Source of the DNA: Takakia lepidozioides
Taxonomy: Eukaryota; Plantae; Bryophyta
Assembly: GCA_030704615.1 (NCBI GenBank)
Contig: CM060734.1
Span: 57,970,001-58,034,000 of the forward strand
Reading direction: 5' to 3'
DNA length: 64,000 bases
Within the stretch, counting starts at the first letter, position 1; the number at the start of each line of letters is the position of its first letter. A program made the position numbers and the translations under genes. The notes beneath the pieces were generated by a model. The model searched no databases and was not told where the DNA came from. It was given only the letters and a program-made list of their open reading frames with translations. Positions 22,601-35,320 of the stretch are shown in pieces.

Positions 22601-23904
22601 GTAAATATTTTTTTTTTCTAAAGAGGAACCAATAAATTCACCGCTTCTTAAACTCTTGGACTAGTAGAACGACTGAATGGATGATGTAAGAGCATCCATG
22701 GATGAATCGATTTGCCAACACACTATGAATGTTGCGATTGGAAACTAACTGGAACAAATGCATGCCAGAATACATGTAGGCCCTGCCCTATTGTTATTTA
22801 TTTAGTTTATTTAAATAAACAGGGGACAGTGGCCCTGAAAAACTGCCCTATTGTAATTATGAGTACGGTGTAAAAGTCTTGAAGATTACCCAGTGCCTAC
22901 ACTTTCTGATACCAGATCTTTTTGCAATGGGGGTAGATATTCCATGACCTGGAATTGCAAATCTTTTGCATCAAGTATCCTCGCTACATTTGTCTAGTCT
23001 ACTTGCCCAATGAACTACATCCTATTTATATATTTCATCCATCAATAAATATGAATGAAAATTCCAGCTACACTTGTCTTGAACTACTGGAAACCTAACC
23101 AAGAGTATGGGTGCTAAGAATCAAAAACCCTTTGCATAGTCGCCGCCAAAAAGCCCTACGGACTGTTTGCTTGAGCCATTGGTTGGCATGAAGAGGGTTG
23201 GAAAAAGGAAGACGGTGGAAAGATACGTACTAATATTTACAACTAAACCAAAGAAACTTATCTACGATGAGCAAGGTTACGTAGAACACATAGTAAAGTT
23301 TGAGATATATGTGCATATACACCTGAAACATGAATAGGTGTATTTCCTAAAGATTTGATGCCATAGTCGAAACAAAATGAGAAGATACTCTCAGGAAGCA
23401 CTCCTCCCCTATTTTTTATAAAAAAGAAAGAAAAAAATGAAAAAGCCTTATCATATTTTTAAAATAATAACAAGTAATCATTTTGTTTTTTGGTTGTTTT
23501 TTTAGTAACAGGGGACTGGGCCCTGGAAAATCAAAACTTGTAGTGAGATTCTTGCTTAGGAAGATAGGGCCAATAAAAAAATGAGAAAGTAAACCTCTAA
23601 CACAACTGCCATCTGGCGGTCAGCACGATAAAATTGAGAAAAACATCCGATTAGTTCATCCAATATCCCTCCAACGTTGAATGGCTCAACCACAAACTTC
23701 CCAACCACAAGAACCCTTTTGCGTACTCCTGCCTTGGGAACAAAAAAATATTGGAAATGGATGAATGTCAAGTAGGCTGGCCAACATGGCGCGGATGGCG
23801 ACAAAACTGGGCAGGCACGGATGGATGAGGCTGGCGGCAGCCCATTTGTCCGCCCGATTCCGCATAGCATCGCACGGCGGGGAATCGCTCTGGGGATTTT
23901 GGGT

Positions 23905-24148
23905 GAGCCGCGGATAAGCCTCTCCCCCCATTGGCCCAAATCGACATGCGCAATCCTCTTTCGAGACCTCGTTACTCGCATTCCATTGGCCGGAAGATCC
24001 TTTTCTAGGCCAAAAGAAGAAGTTTGTTCCAACGTGGCCACCTGCGATTGGGGTAATAGGGATTACTGGATCTGGTTTGTTTCATATGGGGCTGCCTTCT
24101 TCCATAGCCTGCGCAGACTAGAGCTTTGTATCCGGTGTGAGTGTGAAG

Positions 24149-24185
<37 letters not shown>
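23905..24185 (+). promoter_or_regulatory. LHCA3 upstream region: I-box-like GATAAG, ACGT/G-box-like element, (GA)n tract
   Basis: cggataagcc at 23911, aacgtggcca at 24031, (GA)n at about 24153-24184. These are short motifs typical of light-regulated LHC promoters. Confidence 0.4.
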
Positions 24186-24187
<2 letters not shown>

Positions 24188-24205
24188 CGAGCAGAGAGGG
24201 AAGAG

Positions 24206-25732
24206 ATGGCCACCATAGCTGCCAGGGCGTTGGGAGCTCCCATAGCTGGAGTTGGAGCTAAGCCGCAGAGCAGTGTGGTGGAAGCTGGGAGGCAGCAGCT
24301 CTTGTTGGGAGGCCGGGCCTTGCGCGTGTGCTCCGTCCCTTCCGTGTCCTCCCGGGGTGCTTCCTTGGTCGTGCGAGCGACTTCTGATAAGCCTGTGAAG
24401 GTTAGACCTTGTCTGTAGGATGATGTGGTTGAAGTTGTTCACGTGGATGTAGAGGCCCACATTGTGTTCAAGGCAGCATTTTTTCTGTGTAGATCACATG
24501 CTCAATGTGAGCTTCTTGTTCCCTCTTGATGAATCCATGTTACCAGCGTCTTGATGTCTGGGCGATTGGATTGGGTAGTTGGTTTCATGCGGTGCTCGGT
24601 TCCCGTATATCGTCGATCAAATTCATTGTGAAGCTATTCTTTACCTGGGAATGTCGTTTCTCTTGCCTGTGAGACATGTTATCTCCGTGATTGTCTGAAT
24701 GTGGTGTTGTTTATGACTGTCTCATTGTAATGGACCCGGTGACGGGCTTCAAATAGTTGAGTACTTTCAAGTGAACGGAAATATTTCTTCTGACTCTTCA
24801 GTCCTCCACTGGCATGTACATTCCTGCGTTTGACGGGGGTTGCGTGTGTGGAATGGTATTGCAGTCATCAAACAGGCAGCTCATTTTCGCCTCCAAGCAA
24901 AGTCTCTCCTACTTGGATGGAACGTGAGTGTCTATGGGTCCCTGTTTTGAAATTGCCTTCAGGCCAGGTTCAAACTGCATCGAGTTTCTTCTGAGTCTTC
25001 TGTTTTTTCTTTTTAATTCACCAATCTTGTGCACTGGCTACTCATGTAATTGTTCATCTGCCTGAATTATGCGAATGCTAGATGTTTATACTAATGCGAA
25101 GTGGCCCTCTTTTCAGTTTGGCAGGAGACTTTGGGTTTGACCCCTTGGGTCTCTCTGACCCCGAGGGTGCTGGAGGATTTATCGACCCCAGCTGGCTGGC
25201 ATATGCCGAGATTATCAATGGGCGATTTGCTATGCTTGGTGCGGCCGGAGCTATCGCCCCAGAGATTCTAGGAAAGTTGGGTCTGATTCCCGCAGAGACT
25301 GCCCTGCCCTGGTTCAAGACAGGAGTTATTCCACCATTGGGAACTTATGACTACTGGGCCGACCCCTACACACTATTTGTCTTGGAAATCGCTCTTTTTG
25401 GATTTGCCGAGCACCGCAGGGCACAAGACTACTACAAGCCTGGCTCCATGGGCAAGCAGTACTTCCTTGGTCTTGAGAAGTTCTTGGGCGGGTCTGGCAA
25501 CCCAGCATACCCCGGTGGGCCCATTTTCAACTTTTTGGGCTTCGGAAAGAATGAGAAGGAGCTCAATGATCTGAAGCTCAAGGAAGTCAAGAATGGACGT
25601 CTGGCTATGCTTGCAGTTCTTGGCTACTTTATTCAGGCCATCTTCACAGGCGTAGGGCCCTTCCAGAACTTGTTGGATCACTTGTCAGACCCTGTGGCCA
25701 ACAACGTCGTTACCAACTTGAAAATCCACTAG
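24206..25732 (+). CDS. LHCA3: Photosystem I light-harvesting chlorophyll a/b-binding protein Lhca3; exons 24206-24400, 24865-24923, 25117-25732
   Basis: Transit peptide [10 protein letters not shown]..., then [73 protein letters not shown] junctions keep the frame. Confidence 0.96.
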
Positions 25733-26546
25733 GCTGTCCATTTCTGTATGTTCTCGATGAAACTTCCCATGTATTATGCTTCTCTGAGTTCAATCTGTCC
25801 TTCTCTTCAGACGTGTAAAGCTTTCTCACGATGCTCGATGAGCATGCTACATCTGTTCTGCATGCTGGTACGTGGGTATTTTGAGTGACCAACCTATTCA
25901 AGAATCCATATTTGGGGTTTTCTATTGTACTATCTGAATCCAAGGCTGAATTTGACGACTACCAATTGGCTTTACTAAGTACTGTACTACATCTCTGACG
26001 ACACTGCTGTGCTTGAGTGTGTTGCAATGTAGAACTGAAGAGTGGATTTGCTACACACAATCTACCTGCTGCAAACTACAAAAAGTTCCTGAGCTTCACC
26101 CTTAAATCTAAATCTTGCTGAATAGACACCAGCGTATTCTTGGGCTCTGTGTTTGTAGCATTTTGTAAGAAAATCATACCTGATGACACCCTAGCAATCA
26201 TCAGATGGTGTATATCTGCACCCTGTTTACAAATGATGACACAATCTGGTGTACACATGCAAAAGTGCCCGTTTTTTAGAGTTTTTTAGTATGAACCCAG
26301 AGACCTCAGTCCTTTTGATTAAAATCTTTTATATTAAGAGATTGTAGATTGGGCTTAATCAATAGGATTAAGCAGCCTATAGGAATATGGTTTCATATGA
26401 CGTTCATGGTTTAGCTATCCTTAAAACGATTACTTCGTAATTGTATCTGAAAGCATACCGTCGGACAACCTCTGTTGCATGTCTTAAGAAATGGGCAGTA
26501 GTGTCGATAGTCTGTTTTGTTTAAGTCATAAACTAGCGGTAAACAT

Positions 26547-27500
26547 TTGGCGACCATACTGGGGACTAACGGTATGTTGAGTTCAAGAGTACTCAAAGAA
26601 GGATGGTTACTCAATGATTTCTTGAAATCACGACAGAACGAGTCAACAGAAGCAAAGGAATGGAAAACATTCCTAGAAAAATTTGATGGTTTACCAAGAG
26701 CAATACAACAGAAAATCTTTCTTTCAGTCGCGAAAGAAGATGACAAATGGGGATTGAAGGGAGGAGTGATCAGTATTACACGAGCACCTTGGGAATGTAG
26801 GATTAGAAGTGAAGAGTGGTTGTCTCGTCTAGCTCCATTGATTACTCTAATCCCAATCAGAAAAGTTTGCTACACTAGTTATATTTTCAGAGAATGATGT
26901 TCAAATTATGAATATTGTCACACAATCATAGAAGCAGTGGAGTACTGGATACCCAAAGACTTATTGCAAGTCAGATACACTGAAAAAGACAGATGGTATT
27001 ATGTGCCCATTAAAAGTTTGGTGATCAATCAGTAAAAAAGAAAATTAAGTCGTAATACGGATTCTTGCAAGATAGGATAAATCTTGAAGAAAGGGTAGAG
27101 ACCACTATAAATTTTCTTTACTGACATACCAAGACTGATTAAAGGGTGCCGAAAAAGAGTTTTACATATGATGTGGGAATGAATGAGGAAATTAAAGAAA
27201 AAGCTAAACAAGACAGAGCTGAACGAATAGAGAAATATGCTGCAGAAAAGGAGGCTCGGTTAAGAGAAGAGTTCCCAGAATTACAGAACTTGAATATTAT
27301 TCAAGGTGAGACATCAAGACAAATTGACAGTGATAAACCAGAGAAATCGGATCGGTGGGAAGTGGGAACACTACACCAGAATAAGTTGCCAATAATGTAC
27401 TTGATGAATGGTTACCACAAGAAAGATCTGAAGGACCTTCTACAGTAACAAGTCCAAAACGAGGTTTTGCTGAAATATTAGAAGAAAGATTTGAGAACAT
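26547..27500 (+). pseudogene. Degenerate A-rich coding-like segment of unknown origin
   Basis: ORFs 26547-26897 and 27146-27448 have protein-like charged composition and are joined by a stop-interrupted frame. No motif recognised. Confidence 0.3.
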
Positions 27501-29011
27501 TCTAAGAATAAGATGAATGTGCTTATGTGATGTGCACTCTCAGATCTCAATCTGTCAATGAACTTTCCCCATGAGTATAATGAGACACTGTTGGATACAA
27601 AACCACCAGCATATCTGATGCTGAAACAACTCAGGTCTACCAAATTAACTAATATGATGAAAAGTCTCCCATGAAATGACAGTCAGCATCAACAGCTATT
27701 GATGAAGAAAATGTAGCCAAAAGAACTTGATTAACTGGTCTACTGTTAGCACACTCATATAATCTTGCCTGTGTCTTGGATGCATCCAGTCAGTGATGCA
27801 ATGGCACGGCAACGTTTACTAAAATACCTTGCCCTTTAAAAGTGACCTTCTTGCTTTCAGAGGCTGCGGCTATAAACCTATCACTAGGAATGACACCAGA
27901 AGATTCGAGTGAACTCCATTGTTGAAACAAAAAAAAATGTTACAGATTTTTAATTGGCCACGAGCTTTTGAAAGCTTTAGCCACAAGTACCCTCTCCCTC
28001 CCCCTTGTTGTGGCTGTCTGCGCCTCTTCTGCTCAGTGCAAATTCGATGCTCAGCTACATACTGGATCCGGTATATAATAATTGCATTATGATCTGTAAA
28101 TTGATAAGGGTGAAGGGTCTTGACATAGGTAGCAATGGGACTCTAGTTTGCTGCAAGAAAGATAATTTAGACTGGTAAATGGCATAGGTCTATGCCAAAA
28201 CATGCTTGGTTCCATTTACATTTCACTGTGACGTCCTCAAGATTCAGTTCTAATGTCTAATACATTGATGTTACAAAACTGAAGTGATGGGCGTCCAGTG
28301 CCACCCAACGAGTGTTAGTCCAGGGAGCTTGTCTCCTATCACAGTATGGAGGATTCGTGAAAAGAAGAATGGAAGACGGCGATGCTGATTATGGCACGAA
28401 ATAGATTGTAGCAATGTCTTTGGAATATCAGAAGAGCTAATCCGTGGCAGACGGGTCAGAAGATACCCATGCTTGCTTTGGAACCGCCATTTGCCATTAA
28501 AAATCACTTACAAATTGACAAAAACTTCAGCTCTTGGCAGGAGGTAGTACTGTGATTTTCTCTAAAATCAGTGCTACTAGGTACACCTCTTGTTGCTTTG
28601 ATTCCAGCACAGACCTCAAAAACGTAGCATAAAGTGAGCCGTGGAAATTCGGAAATCTAGAAGGCCACTGGGCACCAGAGAAATGAAACCGTTCGTGGAG
28701 AGAAAGTCGGACACCCAAATAAGAAGATGAACAAGAGCAGGAAGAAGAATTACAGAAAACATCAAGGACAACCTTTGCAATGAAGAACAACCCACTGTCA
28801 CATAATCTTCCATATATGAATCACTTGATACATAAGCTCCACAGTTTGAACCGCCAGAGAAAATCAAAACCCATATCGTCTTCCCACGAATAGGCTTTGC
28901 GCCCCTTTCCACACGAAGCGAAGCCTCTCTTCCAAAACAGCCTTTGGAAAAATATCAAGGGCCATCAGGCTACGGGCCTCTAGTGTCTTGCAATTTCACA
29001 CGCTAAATACC

Positions 29012-29221
29012 TCACAGGTCGTGGACAGTGAGACCAGGCGGCAGCGACTGCTTTAGCTTGTCGGCCTTATCGGTGTCGAATACGCACAGCGTGTAGAGGT
29101 ACTTCTTGCACCGCACGTTGAACTTGACCACATCCTTGCTCCTCTTGATCTTCACCGACCGTGCATCCTTACGGCGGGCCGTGAGGAGAAAGTCCTTGAT
29201 CTCACTGATCTGCTTCGGCAT
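29012..29221 (-). CDS. RPL38: 60S ribosomal protein eL38 (CDS intronless)
   Basis: [26 protein letters not shown]...[24 protein letters not shown]. Confidence 0.95.
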   Translation of the reverse strand: MPKQISEIKDFLLTARRKDARSVKIKRSKDVVKFNVRCKKYLYTLCVFDTDKADKLKQSLPPGLTVHDL

Positions 29222-29350
29222 GGTGCTTGCCCTCTACTCCAATCTGCGCACGCTCCAGCTGTGGCGGCCCAGTACCTTACCCAGCAGCACACAAAAGAGC
29301 TAGAGAGCTCCTTCACTCTCGTCAAAGACTTGTTCCCTGCCGCTGCCTTG

Positions 29351-29366
29351 TTTAGGGTTAGGGTTT
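29351..29366 (-). promoter_or_regulatory. Telo-box pair upstream of RPL38
   Basis: tttagggttagggttt, i.e. AAACCCTAACCCTAAA on the minus strand. Telo-boxes are established elements of plant ribosomal protein promoters. Confidence 0.7.
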
Positions 29367-29639
29367 CCGCCACATCGCGGGTCGCAATGGGAACCGGTTC
29401 TATGACTCCATAAAATACCATTTCATTTCATTTAAGCTCTTTGAGCTTTATGTGGACCGTGTTATAAAGTAGCATTTCATTTCAGTTCTCCTGTTGCTCT
29501 ACTATTCCTTCGTCTCTCTTACTGAAAGATACTAGGTGTCTCTTTTCAGAATCTGCTTGTCTGTTGTCAAGACCAGAAGTGTTTAGTAAGCAGGAGGCAG
29601 CCCTATTTTCGAAGAGAAGAATGAAAGAACAGAAGTCAA

Positions 29640-32600
29640 GTCAAGACCTTGCCGACCCCATCACTAGCATGCGCCTCTCCCATCAGACCGTACCCCATGC
29701 CCAGCTTGCGGTCGTCTTTTTGCGCACATCAGAGGGCTTGCGCGACACCAGCGCAAGTGTGCGGCTCTTCATCAGTCAAACACAAATGGTACTTCTCCAT
29801 TTCAGCCCAGTGTCTTGCACGCGCCACCTCCTGCCTCTACTTGGCATTGGCTTTCAGCGCTAGATGTTCTGGGCACATTTCAGCTAGGACTGCCAAGGCC
29901 TCGTCTTTATACAAGAATTCCGGTGGCACTACGTCATGAGGTCCAACTTGCACTCCGTCTACCCTTAGACAAGCTGGCTCGTGATCATGATGATATACCA
30001 GCATGGTATTTTTTCTTGTTATTTCCTCAGTGGTGTTTGGTTTTGTCCCCTCGTGGCGGTCAGTCAGGGCACAGAGAGACGCGCATCCGTCTTCACCGTT
30101 TTTTATCTGGAGATTGGGAGAGTCTGCAAGATGAGCATCAATTACGGGCACTAGCCCTTGCGGCACGCACCCCTCCCGCTTCCTCCATGCAGCCACCCTC
30201 ATCAGCCCACAGGCGACTTCGTCATAGTCTCATGTTAGGCCGCGTTGGCGAGTACTCACGCGCGGCCAAGGCTTTAACACCTTCCTCACCAGCGCCTCCA
30301 TCACCGGATACTGTCACTGCCCTCGAAGCCCTTCACCCATCAGCTCAGGATATTCTGCCGCTTTTTGTCGAGGACTTCGAGCCAGACCAGGATCTCAAGC
30401 TAGATCGGGAGGTCTTCACTCAGGCCTTCATGCACAGTCCCCATCTTGCAACGGCAGGTCCTTCCGGTCTCATATATGAGCACTTACGCGACTGTTTCTC
30501 TCCCCAGGACTCTGCTAGTGGCTTCTCTCAGCTATTTCAGATTTGCTCATTTATTGCTGTTGGCCGTATCCCTGCCCCAGTGGCCCGTCTCCTTGGGGCC
30601 TCCAGATTGTTGGCTATGAGCAAACCCTCAGGTACTGGCATCCGCCCTATCGTAGTTGGAGAGGTTCTTTACCGCCTTGTCAGCCGCTCACTTTGTCTTC
30701 AGTTTCGAGATGCCTTCTCCGGACACCTCTTTCCGCACCAGTTCGGGGGCGCCACTCCAGGCGGTTGCGAGGCGGTGATTCAGGGGATTCGTGCAGCTCT
30801 TGATCTTCATCCGGATTGGGTGGTTCTCCAGGTCGACGTCACCAACGCTTTCAACACTGTGTCACGAGCGGCTATCTTTCAGGAGCTCCGTTCAGCCGAA
30901 GGAGATTTCCACCAGCTCATTCCGTTTGTTTGATTATTCTATGCATCCACCACTCCCATATACTACAGTCATCATTCTCGCCTAGGTGAGTGCTCCATCA
31001 TTCAGTCCGAGGTGGGGACCCGCCAAGGCGACCATTTAGGAGGACCTTTGTTTGCCATGGCTCATGTCCGCGCCCTCACGGCTTCTGCACAAGTTCACTC
31101 ATCTTGTCTTTTTCCGTCGGTGGCAGACAACACGCACATTGTAGGCCCTGCCTCACAGGTATTTTCAGCTTACCATCATTTTGTCACCCAACTCTCTGCC
31201 GTGGGCCTTTCAGTGCAACCTCGCAAATGTGCGGTGTGGGCTCCGTCCGGTCTCCCTGCAGATTTTGTCCTCCCTGCTCACTTCATTGCTCCGCCCAATG
31301 GGATCAGAATCCTGGGAGTCTCTTTTGGCACCACCCAGTTCACAACGTCCTTCTTGGAAGATGCATTCCACTAGGATGCCACCCACGCCGATCTCCTTCC
31401 TAGGCTCGGAGATGTACAGATAGCATATGGAATCTTAACCAAATGTTTCCTTCAGCGTCCCTCATATCTCTTGCGCACTGTTCCACCCAGCCCAGATTTC
31501 CTACACCTCTTATCTGGGTTTGATACTACCATGATGACTATCTTCGGGAGATTGTTAGGACCAGGAGCTCTGGAGGGTGTCGCGGCCCTTTGCCTTGAGG
31601 GCAAGGGGTCGGGACACAGAAGGGGCTGCCCCTGTGGTGGGGGCAGTAGCAGCAATAGGTACGGAGGCTGAAGCACCCTTGAGTGCCCAAGGCACTCAAA
31701 GAGGTAGAGGCGCTCACTAGGCGGAGCCTCGCACACCGGGTTGCGGTGGGGGTGGCTCCACAAGGGGTGGTGGTAGCTTAGCGGGACTTAGTGGGGGTGG
31801 CATAGGACTCACCATGGGGTGGAGACCTCGTGGTGGGAGTTGTGGGGAGTCTTGGGACTCATCACGGCCCAATGGGGCCGTGGTGAGTGGGCCAAGACTC
31901 ACCGCGACTCACCACCGGGAGTCGAGGGTTTTCGTGGTGGTTCGCCATAAAATGGCATGGTTGTTTGTGAAACCCCCGCGGACAGCTACAAAAGTATATA
32001 TAATGGGAGTAGTGACCCCGAGAACGGTGCAAGCCCGTTGGTGACCAAAAACTAGTGAATAAGCGAGCGAGCCGGAAAGCGACCAAAGAGTGGGGAGCTG
32101 TTCCGGACTGCCATCTACCAAAAGGGAATTCCACTAGGCCCAAATAGGTGGAGGGTTTAGTGGGGGAGCGAAGGGGGACCGTTATGTCCCGGTGAGCAGC
32201 CGAAGCTCCAAGTTGGCCCGGCGGCCAGGTTGGGAGTCAGGCGCGCGCATCAAAGCGAGTAACTATGACTTGAAGGGGAGCTTACCGAAGTGAGGTGCGC
32301 GACACTTGGTATCAGAGCTTAGAGTTCAGTACGCGATCGTCCTTGGGATTGGCCTCATCATGGGGTCGGGCAAGCCAAAGCGAAAGCGGAACGGCCCAAA
32401 AGATGATGATCCTGGTGAGCCCGATGGGGGCGACGTGTCACCGAAGCGGCCGTTTGAGGAAGCGACGCAGGTTTCTGAAAACGAGGCCGCTCAAGAGCGG
32501 GAGTCGGAGCCTGAGGAATCCCTGAGAGCTCCGACAGACCAACAGATGCCTCCCATGCCGGCAACTTTTTGGGAAGGGTTGTTGGCGCAGTTTGGCGGGA

Positions 32601-34652
32601 CGTTGAAAGACGTGTTGAAGGCGGCTAATGCCACTTCCATTAAGGCAAAGTTTAAGGTGAAGCCTAAGGAACCTAGCACCTTCGAGGGCGTCCGAAATCG
32701 GAAGGCACTCAACACCTAGCTCTTGGAGCTAGAGCAGTACTTCCGGGCGGCCAAGTTGAGTGACGAGGATCGGGTGGAAGTGGCTCCCACCTATTTGAGG
32801 GGCTGTCTTGGGACTCATCACGGCCCAATGGGGCCGTGGTGAGTGGGCCAAGACTCACCGCGACTCACCACCGGGAGTCGAGGGTTTTCGTGGTGGTTCG
32901 CCATAAAATGGCATGGTTGTTTGTGAAACCCCCGCGGACAGCTACAGAAGTATATATAAGGGGAGTAGTGACCCCGAGAATGGTGCAAGCCCATTGGTGA
33001 CCAAAAACTAGTGAATAAGCGAGCGAGCCGGAAAGCGACCAAAGAGTGGGGAGCTGTTCCGGACTGCCATCTACCAAAAGGGAATTCCAATAGGCCCAAA
33101 TAGGTGGAGGGTTTAGTGGGGGAGCGAAGGGGGACCATTATGTCCCGGTGAGCAGCCGAAGCTCCAAGTTGGCCCGGCGGCCAGGTTGGGAGTCAGGCGC
33201 GCGCATCAAAGCGAGTAACTATGACTTGAAGGGGAGCTTACCGAAGTGAGGTGCGCGACACTTGGGTGCTCAGGGACTTTTGCCACGACAGCAAGCCACC
33301 TTGCCCGTCTCTTCCGGTGGTGTGGGTCTTTTGTCCACTGTCACTACCGCCCCGTCAGCTTTCCTCGGCAGTTGGGCATTGGTGGCGCCAGCCCTCGCTT
33401 CACGATTTCTTTGTGACCATCGTCCCATCCTTATGGACGCCGTTGCACATGTCGACAGTGACATTTTACCCTTCCAGCAGCATCTCCGCTCTGCACGAGA
33501 TCATCTTCCAGCACCGGCACGAACATGTCTACCACCATTTGAGCAGTTGGTTGCTCAAGGCCTCGACCATCTTCAGGAGTCCATTTCCGAGCGTGTGCAC
33601 CGTCATTCATTTTCCGGCATGCTCTCAAGTGCTTCTTCTGAGTTGCATCGAGCCCGACTTCTATCATGCGCAGGACTCGGAGCAGGGGCATGGTTGACAG
33701 CACGACCCACTATCACACCTTTTCGCCTCTCATCCCCTATTTTCACTACTGCGCTCCGCCTTCGACTCGGTTTGCCTCATCCTTCGGCATCGGGCCTTCA
33801 ACGCTGCGTCTGTCTTCAGCCCATCGATTACCATCCATCTCCTCCGCTGTCCATGTGGTGGTGAGCGCACTGCGTCTCATGATATGGTTCACGATGCGGT
33901 GACATCTATTGCTCGGGAGGCAGGGTATCTACGACCCACGCTCACGTCCCACTCTACACGCCGCCGTGTTGACATCATCCTATCTAGAGATGGTTTGCGT
34001 ACCCTAGCAGATGTCGTTCTCGTCGACCCCACTCGAGCGGATTTGCTATCTCGCGCAGCTACCACACTAGGCACGGCAGCCACTGTAGCAGCTCAGGCCA
34101 AGGAGCGCGACTACAGCGATCGTCACCCCACCGACACATTTCTTCCACTGGCGGTCGAGATATTTGGCTCATTGCACCGGCACTTCGACGATTTCCTGCG
34201 GACATGTGCACATCATGCAGCCAAGAGCGGGTCCACTGACATCCCACATGTCTCCGTCCTTGTCGCCTACTATCGACAACATGTTTCACTTGCTTTGCAG
34301 AGAGCACAAGTCATCTCTATTTTGCATCGGGCTGATGTGGCTAGCTCCACGTCATCTCATCTTCCGCCTCTGCCTGACACTTTGCCTATCTCCTTGCCTG
34401 ATCTCCTCCAGGCTGTTGGCTGGGAGGGTCGCTCTGCTTGAGTAGTTTACTATAGCTTTTGTTTTCATCGCTGGTTGAGTAGCTTACTATAGCTTTTGTT
34501 TTTTTTTCTCTAGCTGAGTAGCTTACTATAGCTTTTTGTTTTCTTCTCTTGTTTCTTGTTCCTCCCCCCCCCCCCCCTTTTTGGGAACTTCTCATCGTAT
34601 GCACGTTCACCCATTGTACATGTTGTAAATAAAATCTTACAATGTTTCATCA
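29640..34652 (+). mobile_element. CRE-clade non-LTR retrotransposon (RT plus C-terminal restriction-like endonuclease), degenerate, interrupted at 31578-33263
   Basis: N-terminal Zn finger CPACGRLF...HQRKC near 29700. RT motifs RPIVVGEVLYRL, QVDVTNAFN, GTRQGDHLG, SVADN, GIRILG; then ATLPVSSGGVGL, RLRLGLP, CxC..H..C, and RLE RVDI...ADV...AKE...LAVEIFG. 3' UTR has three tgagtagcttactatagc repeats and a catcat end. Boundaries are approximate. Confidence 0.85.
31578..33263 (+). mobile_element. Internally deleted LTR retroelement nested in the LINE: LTR1 31578-32304, tRNA-iMet PBS 32307-32318, gag fragment, partial LTR2 ~32805-33260
   Basis: LTR termini TGTCGCG...CGCGACA; PBS tggtatcagagc; gag-like KPKEPSTFEG. 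LTR2 differs from LTR1 at about 6 positions by eye. Confidence 0.9.
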
Positions 34653-34810
34653 TTGTCAAGGGTTGGAGTAACAATGGGAGCAGACACAACAACACGAGTA
34701 AGTAAGCATCAAGTGGATTGGAGCATGCATTGGAGTTGTACAGATACTTAGATGCTGAAATTGTAAGGTGCAAATGCTTGCTTCAGGTTTGGGCAACGGT
34801 GACAATCTTT

Positions 34811-34948
34811 TTCTTGTACAAAACAGAGATCGATGCTTCCCCCTTAGCTGTGTAGGTATATAGCTAACCACCAAAAGCTTGCTGGATATTTACACATTGT
34901 TCCAGCTGGGACGGCCATTCAAATTCATCGGCAATTTCTTAATCCCTA
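34811..34948 (+). pseudogene. Isolated degenerate fragment of a plastid LPAT exon
   Basis: tatatagctaaccaccaaaagcttgctggatatttacacattgttccagctgggacggccattcaaattcatc closely matches 39385-39480. Confidence 0.8.
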
Positions 34949-35320
34949 GAAAAAGGAAAAAAAAAAAAAAAACAATAATGATCACAAAATGTAACACAAA
35001 AATATAAAAATACAGCCGCTGCCATGGATGAAAATTGAAAACTGAGTCCATGAATGACGTTTTAAATGAAAACTCAGCCGCTGTCATGGATGAAAATTGA
35101 AAAACTGAGTCAATGGATGACGTTTAAATGAATATCATTTCTAGATTTGTTTCTTATTATATATTTGTTTATGAATTTAAATTCAAGTTTCTATACCATA
35201 TGCACTTTTAGAGAAATTTTTGAGAATTAGGCAGTCTTTGAAGATAATTTTCTTAATTTAGGCACTCTTGTCAAAAATAATTTTAACCCCCTTAAAAAAA
35301 AACAAAAAAAACAAAAAGAT

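Noticed and set aside
23556-24460. ORFs of 146-161 aa around the LHCA3 promoter
   Set aside because: GC-rich promoter/UTR and antisense shadows of exon 1, with no protein motifs.
29012-29221. RPL38 as a processed pseudogene
   Set aside because: The ORF is intact, telo-boxes lie upstream and no poly-A or TSD is seen. A single K-to-N change (KFNVRC) is insufficient evidence.
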